A DNA stretch of 64,000 bases from Bacteroidota bacterium (GTDB lineage: Bacteria; Bacteroidota; Bacteroidia; Bacteroidales; JAAUTT01), in contig JAIFLU010000223.1 of assembly GCA_020048915.1 (NCBI GenBank), positions 8,067 to 72,066 of the forward strand. Direction: 5' to 3'. A model generated the notes under the pieces. The model was not told where the DNA came from. It was given only the letters and a program-made list of their open reading frames with translations, and made no database searches. This document shows positions 55,834 through 64,000 of the stretch, in pieces. Positions within the stretch are counted from its first letter, which is position 1, and the number at the start of each line of letters is the position of its first letter. The position numbers and the translations under genes are program-made.

Positions 55834-55970
55834 TATTACGTATGCAATATTAATTAATTTTTATATTTTTGTTTCTTTATATTTCAAAATAAAACAAATA
55901 AACTAATATTTAAATAACTAATTATCAAATTTTAACAATATATCATCTATTTATTAAATTTCGTTTTTTT

Positions 55971-56822
55971 ATGGCAAATATCTTGGTGGCGGACAGTGGT
56001 TCCACCAAAACCGAATGGTCTGTTTTAAGCAACAATAAAAAAGTTCAATCCTTTATTACACCTGGAATAAATCCATATTTTCAGGATACCGAAAGCATTG
56101 TGCAAATTCTAAAATCGACAACCGATTCAAATGCTATACTACAAGTAGACACCCTATATTTTTATGGAGCAGGATGCGCTAATCTACAAAAAAACACCAT
56201 TGTTTCAGCTGCCTTAGAGCAAGTATTTAACACAACCAATATTCGGGTAGGGAGTGATCTGTTAGCAGCCGCAAGGGCTTCGTGCCAAAATAATGCCGGA
56301 ATTGCATGTATTTTGGGAACCGGATCGAATTCGTGCTACTACGATGGAAAAGAAATAATTTCGAATGTCGCCCCACTGGGATATATTCTGGGTGACGAGG
56401 GAAGTGGTGCCGAGTTAGGCAAAAGGCTCGTCGGAAATATATTGAAGAATCAACTTCCCAATCCTGTTAAACAATTATTTTTCGATACCTACCAGCTAAA
56501 TGCTGCTGAAATATTAGATGCGGTTTATAGACAGCCATATCCTAACCGATATTTAGCGCAATTCACAAAGTTTATTTCACAAAATATTGCGATTCCCGAA
56601 ATTGAGGAACTCGTTCTGCTTGGCTTTTCAGAGTTTATCTCCCGAAACATTTTACAATACAAAGATGTTCATATATCTGCTATTCATTTTACAGGCAGTA
56701 TTGCCGTGGTTTTTAAACCTCAGTTAATAATGGCGCTTAATAAATTTAACCTACTGGCCGGCCAAATTACAAAGGCTCCAATGGAGGGACTGCTAACGTA
56801 TCATATAAACACTATCAATTAA
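55971..56822 (+). CDS. murK: BadF/BadG/BcrA/BcrD-type sugar kinase (MurNAc/GlcNAc kinase, MurK-like)
   Basis: The N-terminus ILVADSGSTKTEW and GAGC...ILGTGSN...GYILGDEGSG are ASKHA/BadF-type kinase motifs. It lies directly upstream of murQ, as in the Tannerella forsythia murTKQ operon. Confidence 0.7.
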   Translation: MANILVADSGSTKTEWSVLSNNKKVQSFITPGINPYFQDTESIVQILKSTTDSNAILQVDTLYFYGAGCANLQKNTIVSAALEQVFNTTNIRVGSDLLAAARASCQNNAGIACILGTGSNSCYYDGKEIISNVAPLGYILGDEGSGAELGKRLVGNILKNQLPNPVKQLFFDTYQLNAAEILDAVYRQPYPNRYLAQFTKFISQNIAIPEIEELVLLGFSEFISRNILQYKDVHISAIHFTGSIAVVFKPQLIMALNKFNLLAGQITKAPMEGLLTYHINTIN

Positions 56823-56828
56823 ACTATA

Positions 56829-57701
56829 ATGAAAGTTTCTAAAGAAAAAGAGCTTACGATAAACATTACAGAAGCGCCTTCGCTATTCGACAATTTAGAA
56901 GGAATGTCAGTTTTAGAACTGCTCAATAATATTAATCAGGAAGATGCAAAAGTACACCTTGCCGTTAACAGTGTCATTCCTCAAATTCAGGAATTGGTAG
57001 AACGGATTGTGGAACGGATGAAAAAAGGCGGACGGATTTTTTACATAGGTGCCGGAACCAGCGGCCGCCTGGGAGTATTAGATGCTTCTGAGGTTCCTCC
57101 TACATTTGGGGTTCCCGACACCATGGTAATTGGAATTATTGCGGGAGGCGATTCTGCCTTGCGCAAAGCAGTAGAATCTGCCGAAGACGATCCTCAAAAA
57201 GCTTGGGACGACCTTCAGAAATTTAATATCGGCACTAACGATACCTTGATAGGAATAGCGGCATCAGGAGGAACACCTTATGTTTTGGGCGGATTAAAAA
57301 TTGCCCGGGAATACCATATTTTAACTGGCTGCATTACCTGCAACCCAAACAGCAAAATGGCCGAGATTGCCGAATTTCCTATTGAAGCAGTTGTAGGACC
57401 CGAATTTGTAACCGGTAGCACCCGATTAAAAGCAGGCACAGCCCAGAAAATGATCCTGAACATGATCACCACTTCCACCATGATAAAGCTTGGAAGAGTT
57501 AAAGGGAACAAAATGGTTAACATGCAGCTCACCAATAAAAAACTTATAGAACGCGGAACAAGAATGATTGTTGAAGAACTTCATATTGACCGGATTTTGG
57601 CCAAAGAACTCCTGCTCCAATATGGCTCCGTAAAAAAAGCCATTGAGAATTATAAAAACAATTTAAAATCAATTCCCGACAACGCTGCAAATAAACAATA
57701 G
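56829..57701 (+). CDS. murQ: N-acetylmuramic acid 6-phosphate etherase
   Basis: SIS-domain signature GRIFYIGAGTSGRLGVLDASEVPPTFG plus ...GSTRLKAGTAQKMILNMITT, which is canonical for MurQ. Confidence 0.9.
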   Translation: MKVSKEKELTINITEAPSLFDNLEGMSVLELLNNINQEDAKVHLAVNSVIPQIQELVERIVERMKKGGRIFYIGAGTSGRLGVLDASEVPPTFGVPDTMVIGIIAGGDSALRKAVESAEDDPQKAWDDLQKFNIGTNDTLIGIAASGGTPYVLGGLKIAREYHILTGCITCNPNSKMAEIAEFPIEAVVGPEFVTGSTRLKAGTAQKMILNMITTSTMIKLGRVKGNKMVNMQLTNKKLIERGTRMIVEELHIDRILAKELLLQYGSVKKAIENYKNNLKSIPDNAANKQ

Positions 57702-57771
57702 TCATAAAAAAACGTTTATAATTTCCATTTCAGCCACTTGCTTACAATTTATCATTTCATAAATCATCTAT

Positions 57772-60111
57772 ATGAAAAATTACAAAATTGAAAGTTTAAA
57801 TCTCTCGAAAGTTGAACAGAGATTTATTGAATTACAGGGAATTAAATCAATATCAACCGCAATCCCTTACATTACCGTTGACAACTTCCCCAAATTAGGG
57901 TTCTTAACAGCATTGCGCTTTTTGGAGTGGGTAGCCGAAAACCCCGAAGGTACCATCAGTCTGCCAACCGGGAAAACACCTGAATATTTTATCCGTTGGA
58001 CCCAATACCTTCTCGACAACTGGGATAACAGCAAAGGGGAAAAACTTAGAAACGATTATGGGCTAACCGTTAAAAAGAAACCAGACCTGGGTGGATTGAA
58101 ATTTGTTCAAATCGATGAATTTTATCCCATTAATTCGCAGCAGCAGAATAGCTTCTTCTATTATGTAAACGAATACTATATTAAAGGATTTGGCCTTAAT
58201 CCCAAAACAGCCCTACTCATAAATTCCGATACTATCCCACTGGATAAAGGGAAACACTTTTCTGAAGTTTTCCCCGATGGTGTAGTCGATTTATCGCTTC
58301 GATACCGGGAGGCTAAAACCAAAAAGGAACAATTACAGCAACAATCTATCTTCAAAATCGACGATTGGTGCTGCAATTACGAAACCCAAATAAGAAACAG
58401 CGGTGGTATTGGATTCTTTTTAGGTGGAATAGGTCCCGATGGACACATCGCATTTAACACCCGGGGATCGGATCATTATTCGACTTCGCGGCTAACTTCC
58501 ACCAATTTCGAAACACAAGCAGTTGCAGCCGGAGATCTGGGAGGGATCGAAATATCACGCCAACGACTGGTTATTACCATTGGGTTGGAAACCATTACCT
58601 ATAACAAAGATGCCGTGGCAATTATTTTTGCGGCTGGTGAAGCAAAGGCTGGTATAGTGAGAGATGCACTACAAAATGAGCCTTCAGTGCTTTATCCGGC
58701 TTCCGTATTGAAACGATTACCTAAAGGACGGTTTTATCTCACACAAGGTGCCGCATCGCTTTTAAACGACAGCATCGAATCGTATTACAAAACAGGTAAT
58801 TGGTCGCTCGAAAAAACCGAGCGTGCCATTATCGACCTTTGCATAAAAAGCAATAAATACGGTCATCATCTGGTAATGGACGATTTAAAGGCAGACCCTT
58901 ACTGTAAATTAATCCCAAAGTTGAACAATGAAACTGTTCAACAGGTGATGGATTCGATAAAATCGAAAATTGAAAGAGGATTAAAGGACGAGAACAAGCA
59001 GGTTTATTACCATACCGGTCCCCACCACGATGATATTATGCTGGGGCTTTTGCCTACTATTACCACTCAATTATCGCAAGACGACAATGAATCGCACTTC
59101 TCGGTTTTAACATCGGGATTTACTGCGGTAACGAACCATTTTATTTACGAATCGCTAATCGACACCAAAAAATTTATTGAAGAAGGACTGATACAAATGC
59201 TCGAATACCCCGACTTTTTCGAAAGCGGATATAAATATAAGTGGGACAAGGATGTTTATCATTTTCTTAACAAAGTAGCTTCGGGAGAGCCTCAGGAACG
59301 TAAACGTGGACTGTCGCACCGTTTGGTTCGTGCAATTGTTGATGTTTGGGGAGTAAAAAGCAAAGACGAACTGAGAGATACCATCAACAGCATTTTGGCA
59401 CTTTTACGAGAAAGTTACAGTGGTCAGAAGAACCCTCCAAAAATTCAAAAACTAAAAGGAATGGTTCGCGAATTTGAAGAAGAATTGGTATGGGCGCACT
59501 TTGGTGTTCAGGTGAAAAATGTTCACCACCTCCGTTTGGGTTTTTATACCGGCGACATTTTCACCGAACAGCCAAACAGGGAGCGCGATGTTATTCCTAT
59601 TCTAAACCAACTGAAAGAAGTAAAACCAACAGTTATCAGCTTAGCCTTCGACCCCGAAGGCAGTGGCCCCGACACTCATTACAAGGTTCTTCAGGCAATT
59701 GCAAACGCAGTAAGTTTATGGAGCAAGGAAGAAGATTTGTCGAATCTCCGGATTTGGGGATACCGCAATGTTTGGTATAAATTTCATCCGGCCGACGTGA
59801 ATGTAATTACTCCGGTAACATTAAATTCGCTTGACTTACTGGACAAATCGTTTACCGATTGTTATCTGAGCCAGGTAAATGCCTCGTTTCCAAGCTACGA
59901 ACTCGATGGCAAATTCAGTGCACTAGCGCAACTTACTTGGGTAAATCAACTCAATATGGTTCAATTGCTGCTTGGTAAGGATTATTTTTACACCAATCCA
60001 AATTCAGAAATCAGAGCAAGTCACGGATTGCTGTTTTTCAAGGAAATGAAGGTGGAAGAGTTTCTGAAAGAAGCCCGGGACCTGGAAAAATCGATGGAAG
60101 GAATGATTTAG
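57772..60111 (+). CDS. nagB: Glucosamine-6-phosphate deaminase fused to a C-terminal LmbE/PIG-L-like deacetylase domain
   Basis: The N-terminal half has the NagB motif (LGGIGPDGHIAFN). The C-terminal half begins with YYHTGPHHDDIMLG, which resembles the LmbE/PIG-L motif (A/P)HPDDxxxG. Confidence 0.75.
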   Translation: MKNYKIESLNLSKVEQRFIELQGIKSISTAIPYITVDNFPKLGFLTALRFLEWVAENPEGTISLPTGKTPEYFIRWTQYLLDNWDNSKGEKLRNDYGLTVKKKPDLGGLKFVQIDEFYPINSQQQNSFFYYVNEYYIKGFGLNPKTALLINSDTIPLDKGKHFSEVFPDGVVDLSLRYREAKTKKEQLQQQSIFKIDDWCCNYETQIRNSGGIGFFLGGIGPDGHIAFNTRGSDHYSTSRLTSTNFETQAVAAGDLGGIEISRQRLVITIGLETITYNKDAVAIIFAAGEAKAGIVRDALQNEPSVLYPASVLKRLPKGRFYLTQGAASLLNDSIESYYKTGNWSLEKTERAIIDLCIKSNKYGHHLVMDDLKADPYCKLIPKLNNETVQQVMDSIKSKIERGLKDENKQVYYHTGPHHDDIMLGLLPTITTQLSQDDNESHFSVLTSGFTAVTNHFIYESLIDTKKFIEEGLIQMLEYPDFFESGYKYKWDKDVYHFLNKVASGEPQERKRGLSHRLVRAIVDVWGVKSKDELRDTINSILALLRESYSGQKNPPKIQKLKGMVREFEEELVWAHFGVQVKNVHHLRLGFYTGDIFTEQPNRERDVIPILNQLKEVKPTVISLAFDPEGSGPDTHYKVLQAIANAVSLWSKEEDLSNLRIWGYRNVWYKFHPADVNVITPVTLNSLDLLDKSFTDCYLSQVNASFPSYELDGKFSALAQLTWVNQLNMVQLLLGKDYFYTNPNSEIRASHGLLFFKEMKVEEFLKEARDLEKSMEGMI

Positions 60112-60151
60112 TTTGTTGGGTGAACAGCAAAATTATTTTTCGAATAGACAT

Positions 60152-60187
60152 AAAAAAAGGCGGAGCTTTCATCTCCGCCTTTTTTTA
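60152..60187. terminator. Bidirectional rho-independent terminator
   Basis: AAAAAAAGGCGGAG (60152-60165), a 7-nt loop, then CTCCGCCTTTTTTT (60173-60187). It lies between the convergent nagB-fusion and gntR genes. Confidence 0.8.
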
Positions 60188-60268
60188 TTCCTGACACGCG
60201 CTACAAGCACTCATCAATTATTGGAATAGGTTATTGTAAGATTTTAGTAAAGCTGAACTTTACCTTGA

Positions 60269-60997
60269 TTATTTTAATGTTTCGCGATAGTATTTATCGT
60301 AAATCTCCCGGTTACGTTCGAGCAAATCAACTGAATATTTATAGGCATTGGCCTCGTCCATCGATTTTACAGCCTCTATCAGGTTCAGTTGAAATTTGAG
60401 GGTATACTCCTTTTCACCTTCGATGTTGCCATAAATCAGGTTGCGCATTCGTGGTAAAAGCGAATAAATAGGCTCCATGGTAATAATTACAATAGGATTA
60501 CCGGTAGCTTTGGCCATATTCATATGAAACCGGTTGATAATGTCTGCTTCCAGCTGGGTATTGTCCGGATCGCATTTTACCAGTTCATTGTAATTATCGA
60601 TTAATATTTTTATATCGTCTTCATTTCGGTTTTTTGCAGCCAACCGTGCAATTTCAGGTTCAAATATCCTGCGCACTTCAATAATCTGCATTATTAAATT
60701 CGAGTCAAAACGCAGGTCATAATAAAGGTTAAGCGAATTAATAGCATCTTCGATCCGAATTTCGGTCACATACATTCCGCTGCCCTTTTTAATTTCGATA
60801 AGGCCCCGGGCATTAAGCCGGCGAAGCGCTTCGCGTAAGGCAGTACGACTAACGGCAAACTTTGCACACAATTCTTTTTCTGATGGAAGTTTTGTACCGG
60901 TAATTAATTTTTTTTGCCGGATTGCCTCCTCAATTTTTCGCTCAATTTTTTGACTTAATGTTTGCGTAGTGCCTATTTTCGAAAATATTTCATCCAT
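60269..60997 (-). CDS. GntR-family (FadR/FCD subfamily) transcriptional regulator
   Basis: N-terminal winged HTH (LPSEKELCAKFAVSRTALREALRRLNARGLIEIKKGSGMYV) followed by an all-helical FCD-like C-terminal domain. Confidence 0.85.
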   Translation of the reverse strand: MDEIFSKIGTTQTLSQKIERKIEEAIRQKKLITGTKLPSEKELCAKFAVSRTALREALRRLNARGLIEIKKGSGMYVTEIRIEDAINSLNLYYDLRFDSNLIMQIIEVRRIFEPEIARLAAKNRNEDDIKILIDNYNELVKCDPDNTQLEADIINRFHMNMAKATGNPIVIITMEPIYSLLPRMRNLIYGNIEGEKEYTLKFQLNLIEAVKSMDEANAYKYSVDLLERNREIYDKYYRETLK

Positions 60998-61112
60998 TCA
61001 TTTCAGATTTCAATAAAGTTTCCAAAGTTAATCCATTTTTAATATTGAATTGTAATTATAATTAATTCTGCTGAATTTGAAGAAGGGAAATTCCCTCCCC
61101 TTACCTAACACT

Positions 61113-62441
61113 TTAGTTTTTCTTTTTCATAAAGCCGATCAATTTCTGAGTAAAGTCAGCCATAAAAAGAGGAATATTAAGTAAACCATCGTCTTGCTTA
61201 AGGTTTCTCAACGAATATCGGATTCGGACTTCGGGTTTAAATTCATTATTATACAAAGTCAGGCTTTTTCCAGTCACAGAAGTATCTGATTTTACTTCAA
61301 CCGGAATAATCGTATTTTCGTGCTGGATCAGAAAATCGATTTCAGCCTTATTTCCGGAAGTCCAATAGCGAGGCGGTGTTTCAAATTGAGAGACTAAACT
61401 TTGTAAAATGTAATTTTCACTTAAAGCTCCCTTAAATTCTGTAAACAAGCGGCTTCCTTCCTTTATAGCAATTGGGTCTAAAAGAGAAAGACGCCTGAGT
61501 AACCCAACATCCAGCAGATAAATTTTAAAAGCTGTTACATCATCATAAGCTGATAAAGGTAAGGCTGGTTTAATATTTCGAAAAACTTTGGTAACTAATC
61601 CAGACTGAGAAAGCCACAATAGAGCATCTTCGTATTCTCGTGCGCGTGCTCCAGTTTTAATAGACTGGTATAGGAATTTCTTATTCTCACGGGCGAGTTG
61701 GGACGGAATGGACGACCAAATGAACCCCAACTTGGGGATATCTTTGTTTTCAATGTGTTTCGAAAAATCGATCGTATATGCATTTAATATATTTCGAAGA
61801 ACTTGTTGAGTTAATTCAACATCCTGTTTTTCCAGCAGGGCGACTGCAGCTTCCGGCATTCCTCCGGAGATAAAAAACATCTTGAATTTTTCAACCAACT
61901 GATTAAAGAAAATATCCGGTATAGGTGTAATTTCATCCATTTGATTCAAATAGGATGCTAGTGGCGGATTATCTACTGCCAGAAATTCGGAAAAAGAAAG
62001 TGGGTAGACATTTAAAAAATCTACTTTCCCGACAGGGAACGAGGCTCCCCTCGACAAAGTAACCCCCAATAAGGAACCAGCACTTGCAACTGCATATTCC
62101 GGTCCATTTTCACAAAAATACTTCAGTGAGCTAAGGGCATCATTGCATTCCTGTATTTCATCTAAGATTAGCAGAGTTTTGCCAGGTACTATAGCTTTCC
62201 CATTTACTAATCCAAGGTTTTGAATAATCCTCTTAATATCTTTTGAAGAAGAAAAAAATTGCTTCAGTTCAGGTTGTTCATCAAAGTTAAAGTAAGCAAC
62301 ATTTTCGAACTCTTCATTTCCAAAACTCTTCAATGACCATGTTTTACCAACTTGCCGAGCTCCTTGCAGAATTAATGGCTTACGGTAAGGCGAATTTTTC
62401 CACTCAATAAGTTTTCGGTGAATATTGCGTTCAATTTTCAT
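61113..62441 (-). CDS. AAA-type ATPase with DUF4143-like C-terminal domain
   Basis: Walker A (GARQVGKTW) and Walker B-like (LLILDEIQ) motifs. The 442-aa size and C-terminal region are typical of the AAA_14/DUF4143 ATP-binding proteins common in Bacteroidota. Confidence 0.7.
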   Translation of the reverse strand: MKIERNIHRKLIEWKNSPYRKPLILQGARQVGKTWSLKSFGNEEFENVAYFNFDEQPELKQFFSSSKDIKRIIQNLGLVNGKAIVPGKTLLILDEIQECNDALSSLKYFCENGPEYAVASAGSLLGVTLSRGASFPVGKVDFLNVYPLSFSEFLAVDNPPLASYLNQMDEITPIPDIFFNQLVEKFKMFFISGGMPEAAVALLEKQDVELTQQVLRNILNAYTIDFSKHIENKDIPKLGFIWSSIPSQLARENKKFLYQSIKTGARAREYEDALLWLSQSGLVTKVFRNIKPALPLSAYDDVTAFKIYLLDVGLLRRLSLLDPIAIKEGSRLFTEFKGALSENYILQSLVSQFETPPRYWTSGNKAEIDFLIQHENTIIPVEVKSDTSVTGKSLTLYNNEFKPEVRIRYSLRNLKQDDGLLNIPLFMADFTQKLIGFMKKKN

Positions 62442-62461
62442 AACATCACATGTTATATGTT

Positions 62462-62487
62462 AATTGTGTGATTCAAATCACATAATT
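62462..62487. promoter_or_regulatory. 26-bp palindrome containing a perfect TGTGA-N6-TCACA (CRP/FNR-type) site
   Basis: AATTGTGTGATT-CA-AATCACATAATT, with 11 of 12 arm positions matching. The core TGTGATTCAAATCACA is at 62467-62482. It lies 26-41 nt upstream of the ATPase start codon at 62441. Confidence 0.4.
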
Positions 62488-62789
62488 AGCACTTAATGTG
62501 CAAATGTAAAAATTTAGACTGGGAATACAAGCGTTAATTGGAGAGTATTCTCATTTCTCAATTTGTGGTTTCACTTAATCTTCAGGACTATTTAGGAATA
62601 ATCGGGATTACTTATATTTAAAAAATCATCCTTTATGAAGCTTTTAAGCTTCAAGCTTCTGTTCTGAGTAGATCGTTCTTTTTTCAAATGGAAATAATTG
62701 CTAAGTATGCTGAACACCCTCCCTGTATTTAGATTCGGCAGCTTTTGATTTACTTTATATTTATGCATGGGGGAAATGCATTTATTGAA

Positions 62790-63179
62790 TTATTCGACAT
62801 AAATCGTGTCGGTAGTTATCTTCTCCTTACTCTTTACAATGTGGAAATAATAAATTCCTTTCTTGTCCGGTAAAAAATCAATTATTGAATCCTTATAAAC
62901 CATAATATCCGGACAAACTCCATTGCCTTCATAAGTGCCTAATGCCAATAAATTATACTCAAAATTGTTTTTCCTGTCCAAAACAAAGTAAAGATCTCTC
63001 CAACAACCATTAGATTCTTCCGCTTTTGCCCTAATCTGAATAATATTTAGATTTACAGATGTATCAGGAATTAGTTCTTCACTTATTCGAACAATATCAG
63101 TTTTTTTAATATAATTATCGCGCTCGTCCAAACAAGAGACCGACAATACAATTAGCGCAAAACATAAAATTATTCTCAT
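62790..63179 (-). CDS. Small hypothetical lipoprotein
   Basis: 129 aa. The signal peptide has a lipobox (IVLSVSCLDE). No recognisable domain. Confidence 0.55.
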   Translation of the reverse strand: MRIILCFALIVLSVSCLDERDNYIKKTDIVRISEELIPDTSVNLNIIQIRAKAEESNGCWRDLYFVLDRKNNFEYNLLALGTYEGNGVCPDIMVYKDSIIDFLPDKKGIYYFHIVKSKEKITTDTIYVE

Positions 63180-63225
63180 AAAAGTTTTTAGAATAGATGC
63201 AAAAATTATCGCATGGTTGCGTCAA

Positions 63226-63609
63226 TCACAATTCCACTCTTTTCGTAAATTCAATTAACTCAATTGGAACTCCGTTGTGCTCAATCATTGCAACCCTAAT
63301 TCCTTCGGCCGGTGGATTGAGTGGTGCAATCAACTTTAACTTGTGTATTGCTAACTCGTAGTCTAAATCGGCTACTTCAAATGCTATATGCGGAACTGTT
63401 TGAATCAGCTTATCCATAGGACTATCTTTCTCGAACCGCATCCACTCTATGCCAAACGGACTGCTACTAAAGCCCGAAACGTAAAATTTGAATTGGGGTA
63501 AATATACTTCGTTGGGCATTTGTTTATCGGTTGGAATTCCTAAATGGTGATATTTCCAACCCCATTGTTCAATTGATTCGGGAAGTTCGTGCTCTTGCCT
63601 TATTTTCAT
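63226..63609 (-). CDS. VOC (glyoxalase/bleomycin-resistance fold) family protein
   Basis: The track ORF runs to 63870, but its N-terminal 87 aa overlap the neighbouring GNAT gene and look non-coding. Starting at MKIRQEH (63609) gives a 127-aa protein with a VOC-like pattern (YHHLGIPT...HIAFEVADLD...ELIEF). Confidence 0.55.
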   Translation of the reverse strand: MKIRQEHELPESIEQWGWKYHHLGIPTDKQMPNEVYLPQFKFYVSGFSSSPFGIEWMRFEKDSPMDKLIQTVPHIAFEVADLDYELAIHKLKLIAPLNPPAEGIRVAMIEHNGVPIELIEFTKRVEL

Positions 63610-63706
63610 ACTATCTGTTATTTTTTTGTTGAATTTCTTCAAGCCAAGCTTGTGGGCTTTGATCGCCCAAAAAATTGCTTTTTCAGGTTCTCGCAGGATA
63701 AGTATT

Positions 63707-64000
63707 CTATTCCGCTTTGTAATTATCATTATAATAACGAACCATTGGCCTGTTTTTCGATGTCCGGTCGACAATTTCAAATCCTGCACGCTCAAACGAT
63801 TTGTATAAACCAATCCAGGCAAACGAATCAGGAAGTCTTTCCTGTGTTGGAGTTGTTGGATATGCTTCAATAATTTTTATTCCATTTTTTTTGGCATATT
63901 GCACCACTCCTGTTAAAAGCGCAGTAGAAACCCCATGCCGTCGGAAGTCTTTATTGATAAAAAAACAAGGAATTGACCAAACAGGTTTATCGTCGATACG
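63707..64000 (-). CDS. GNAT-family acetyltransferase, 5' end truncated by the window edge
   Basis: The frame is open to the window end. The translation ...CFFINKDFRRHGVSTALLTGVVQYAKKNGIKIIEAYP... contains the GNAT acetyl-CoA motif (RRHGVSTALL). Confidence 0.7.
   Translation of the reverse strand, partial: RIDDKPVWSIPCFFINKDFRRHGVSTALLTGVVQYAKKNGIKIIEAYPTTPTQERLPDSFAWIGLYKSFERAGFEIVDRTSKNRPMVRYYNDNYKAE

Noticed and set aside
61051-61064. A fourth candidate operator, TGTAATTATAATTA, upstream of the GntR gene itself (autoregulation).
   Set aside because: It shares only the TGTAAT half with the other three sites and lacks the ACA half. In AT-rich sequence this falls below what I consider supportable.
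62637-62660. A triple AAGCTT cluster (GAAGCTT-TT-AAGCTTC-AAGCTTC) and the 10-codon ORF MKLLSFKLLF that covers it.
   Set aside because: The palindrome has a 2-nt spacer, which is too tight for a hairpin. The mini-ORF has no supporting context. It is probably a chance or low-complexity feature, noted only for completeness.
63610-63907. The long N-terminal extension of ORF 63226-63870, the plus-strand ORFs 63589-63873 and 63626-63808, and the 66-aa version of ORF 63707-63907.
   Set aside because: The region 63707-64000 is better explained by one minus-strand GNAT gene whose frame stays open to the window edge and shows the RRHGVSTALL acetyl-CoA motif upstream of the listed GTG. The VOC protein most plausibly starts at 63609.

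Overview
The window looks like an AT-rich Bacteroidota chromosomal segment. It has SusC/SusD pairs, T9SS type-B sorting domains and many lipoprotein or Sec signal peptides. I saw no rRNA, tRNA, CRISPR array, integrase or transposase.

Layout:
1. 0.1-1.0 kb: a DUF1778/GNAT (TacA/TacT-type) toxin-antitoxin pair, followed by a gene-poor stretch.
2. 2.75-13.9 kb: a tightly packed six-gene plus-strand operon. It holds two T9SS type-B cargo proteins, each followed by a PorP/SprF gene, then one OmpA-family protein and an M43-like protein whose HExxH motif is degenerate.
3. 14.3-19.3 kb: a 1660-aa orphan SusC/RagA-type TonB-dependent transporter. A ~640-aa VIT-vWA module is inserted between its N-terminal extension and its TonB box.
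4. 19.5-61 kb: a very large cluster that reads as a peptidoglycan (PG), muropeptide and MurNAc scavenging island.
5. 61-64 kb: an AAA/DUF4143 ATPase preceded by a CRP-like palindrome, a small lipoprotein, a VOC-fold protein and a partial GNAT.

Contents of the PG island (item 4):
- DUF1460 amidase-like protein and a Dld-II/YdiJ-like FAD/Fe-S dehydrogenase.
- A SusC/SusD operon whose only enzymes are a YkfC-like NlpC/P60 endopeptidase (frameshifted in a G9 tract) and a Tat-signal L-Ala-D/L-Glu epimerase.
- NamZ.
- A 13-gene minus-strand block: amidase_3-like giant, GT2, GalT/HIT-like protein, GNAT, SpoIID/LytB, AmpG, GH9-CE4 fusion, GHL10, SSS transporter, HGSNAT-like acyltransferase, beta-lactamase-fold hydrolase, retropepsin-like protease and a 4xCBM48 protein.
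- Divergent murK-murQ-nagB(LmbE fusion) and a GntR regulator.

Several intergenic regions carry a REP/MITE-like repeat family.

The best candidates for something undescribed are the SusCD-based PG stem-peptide utilisation operon (with its surrounding island) and the VIT-vWA-inserted SusC. All family assignments come from reading motifs by eye. None has been checked by a database search.
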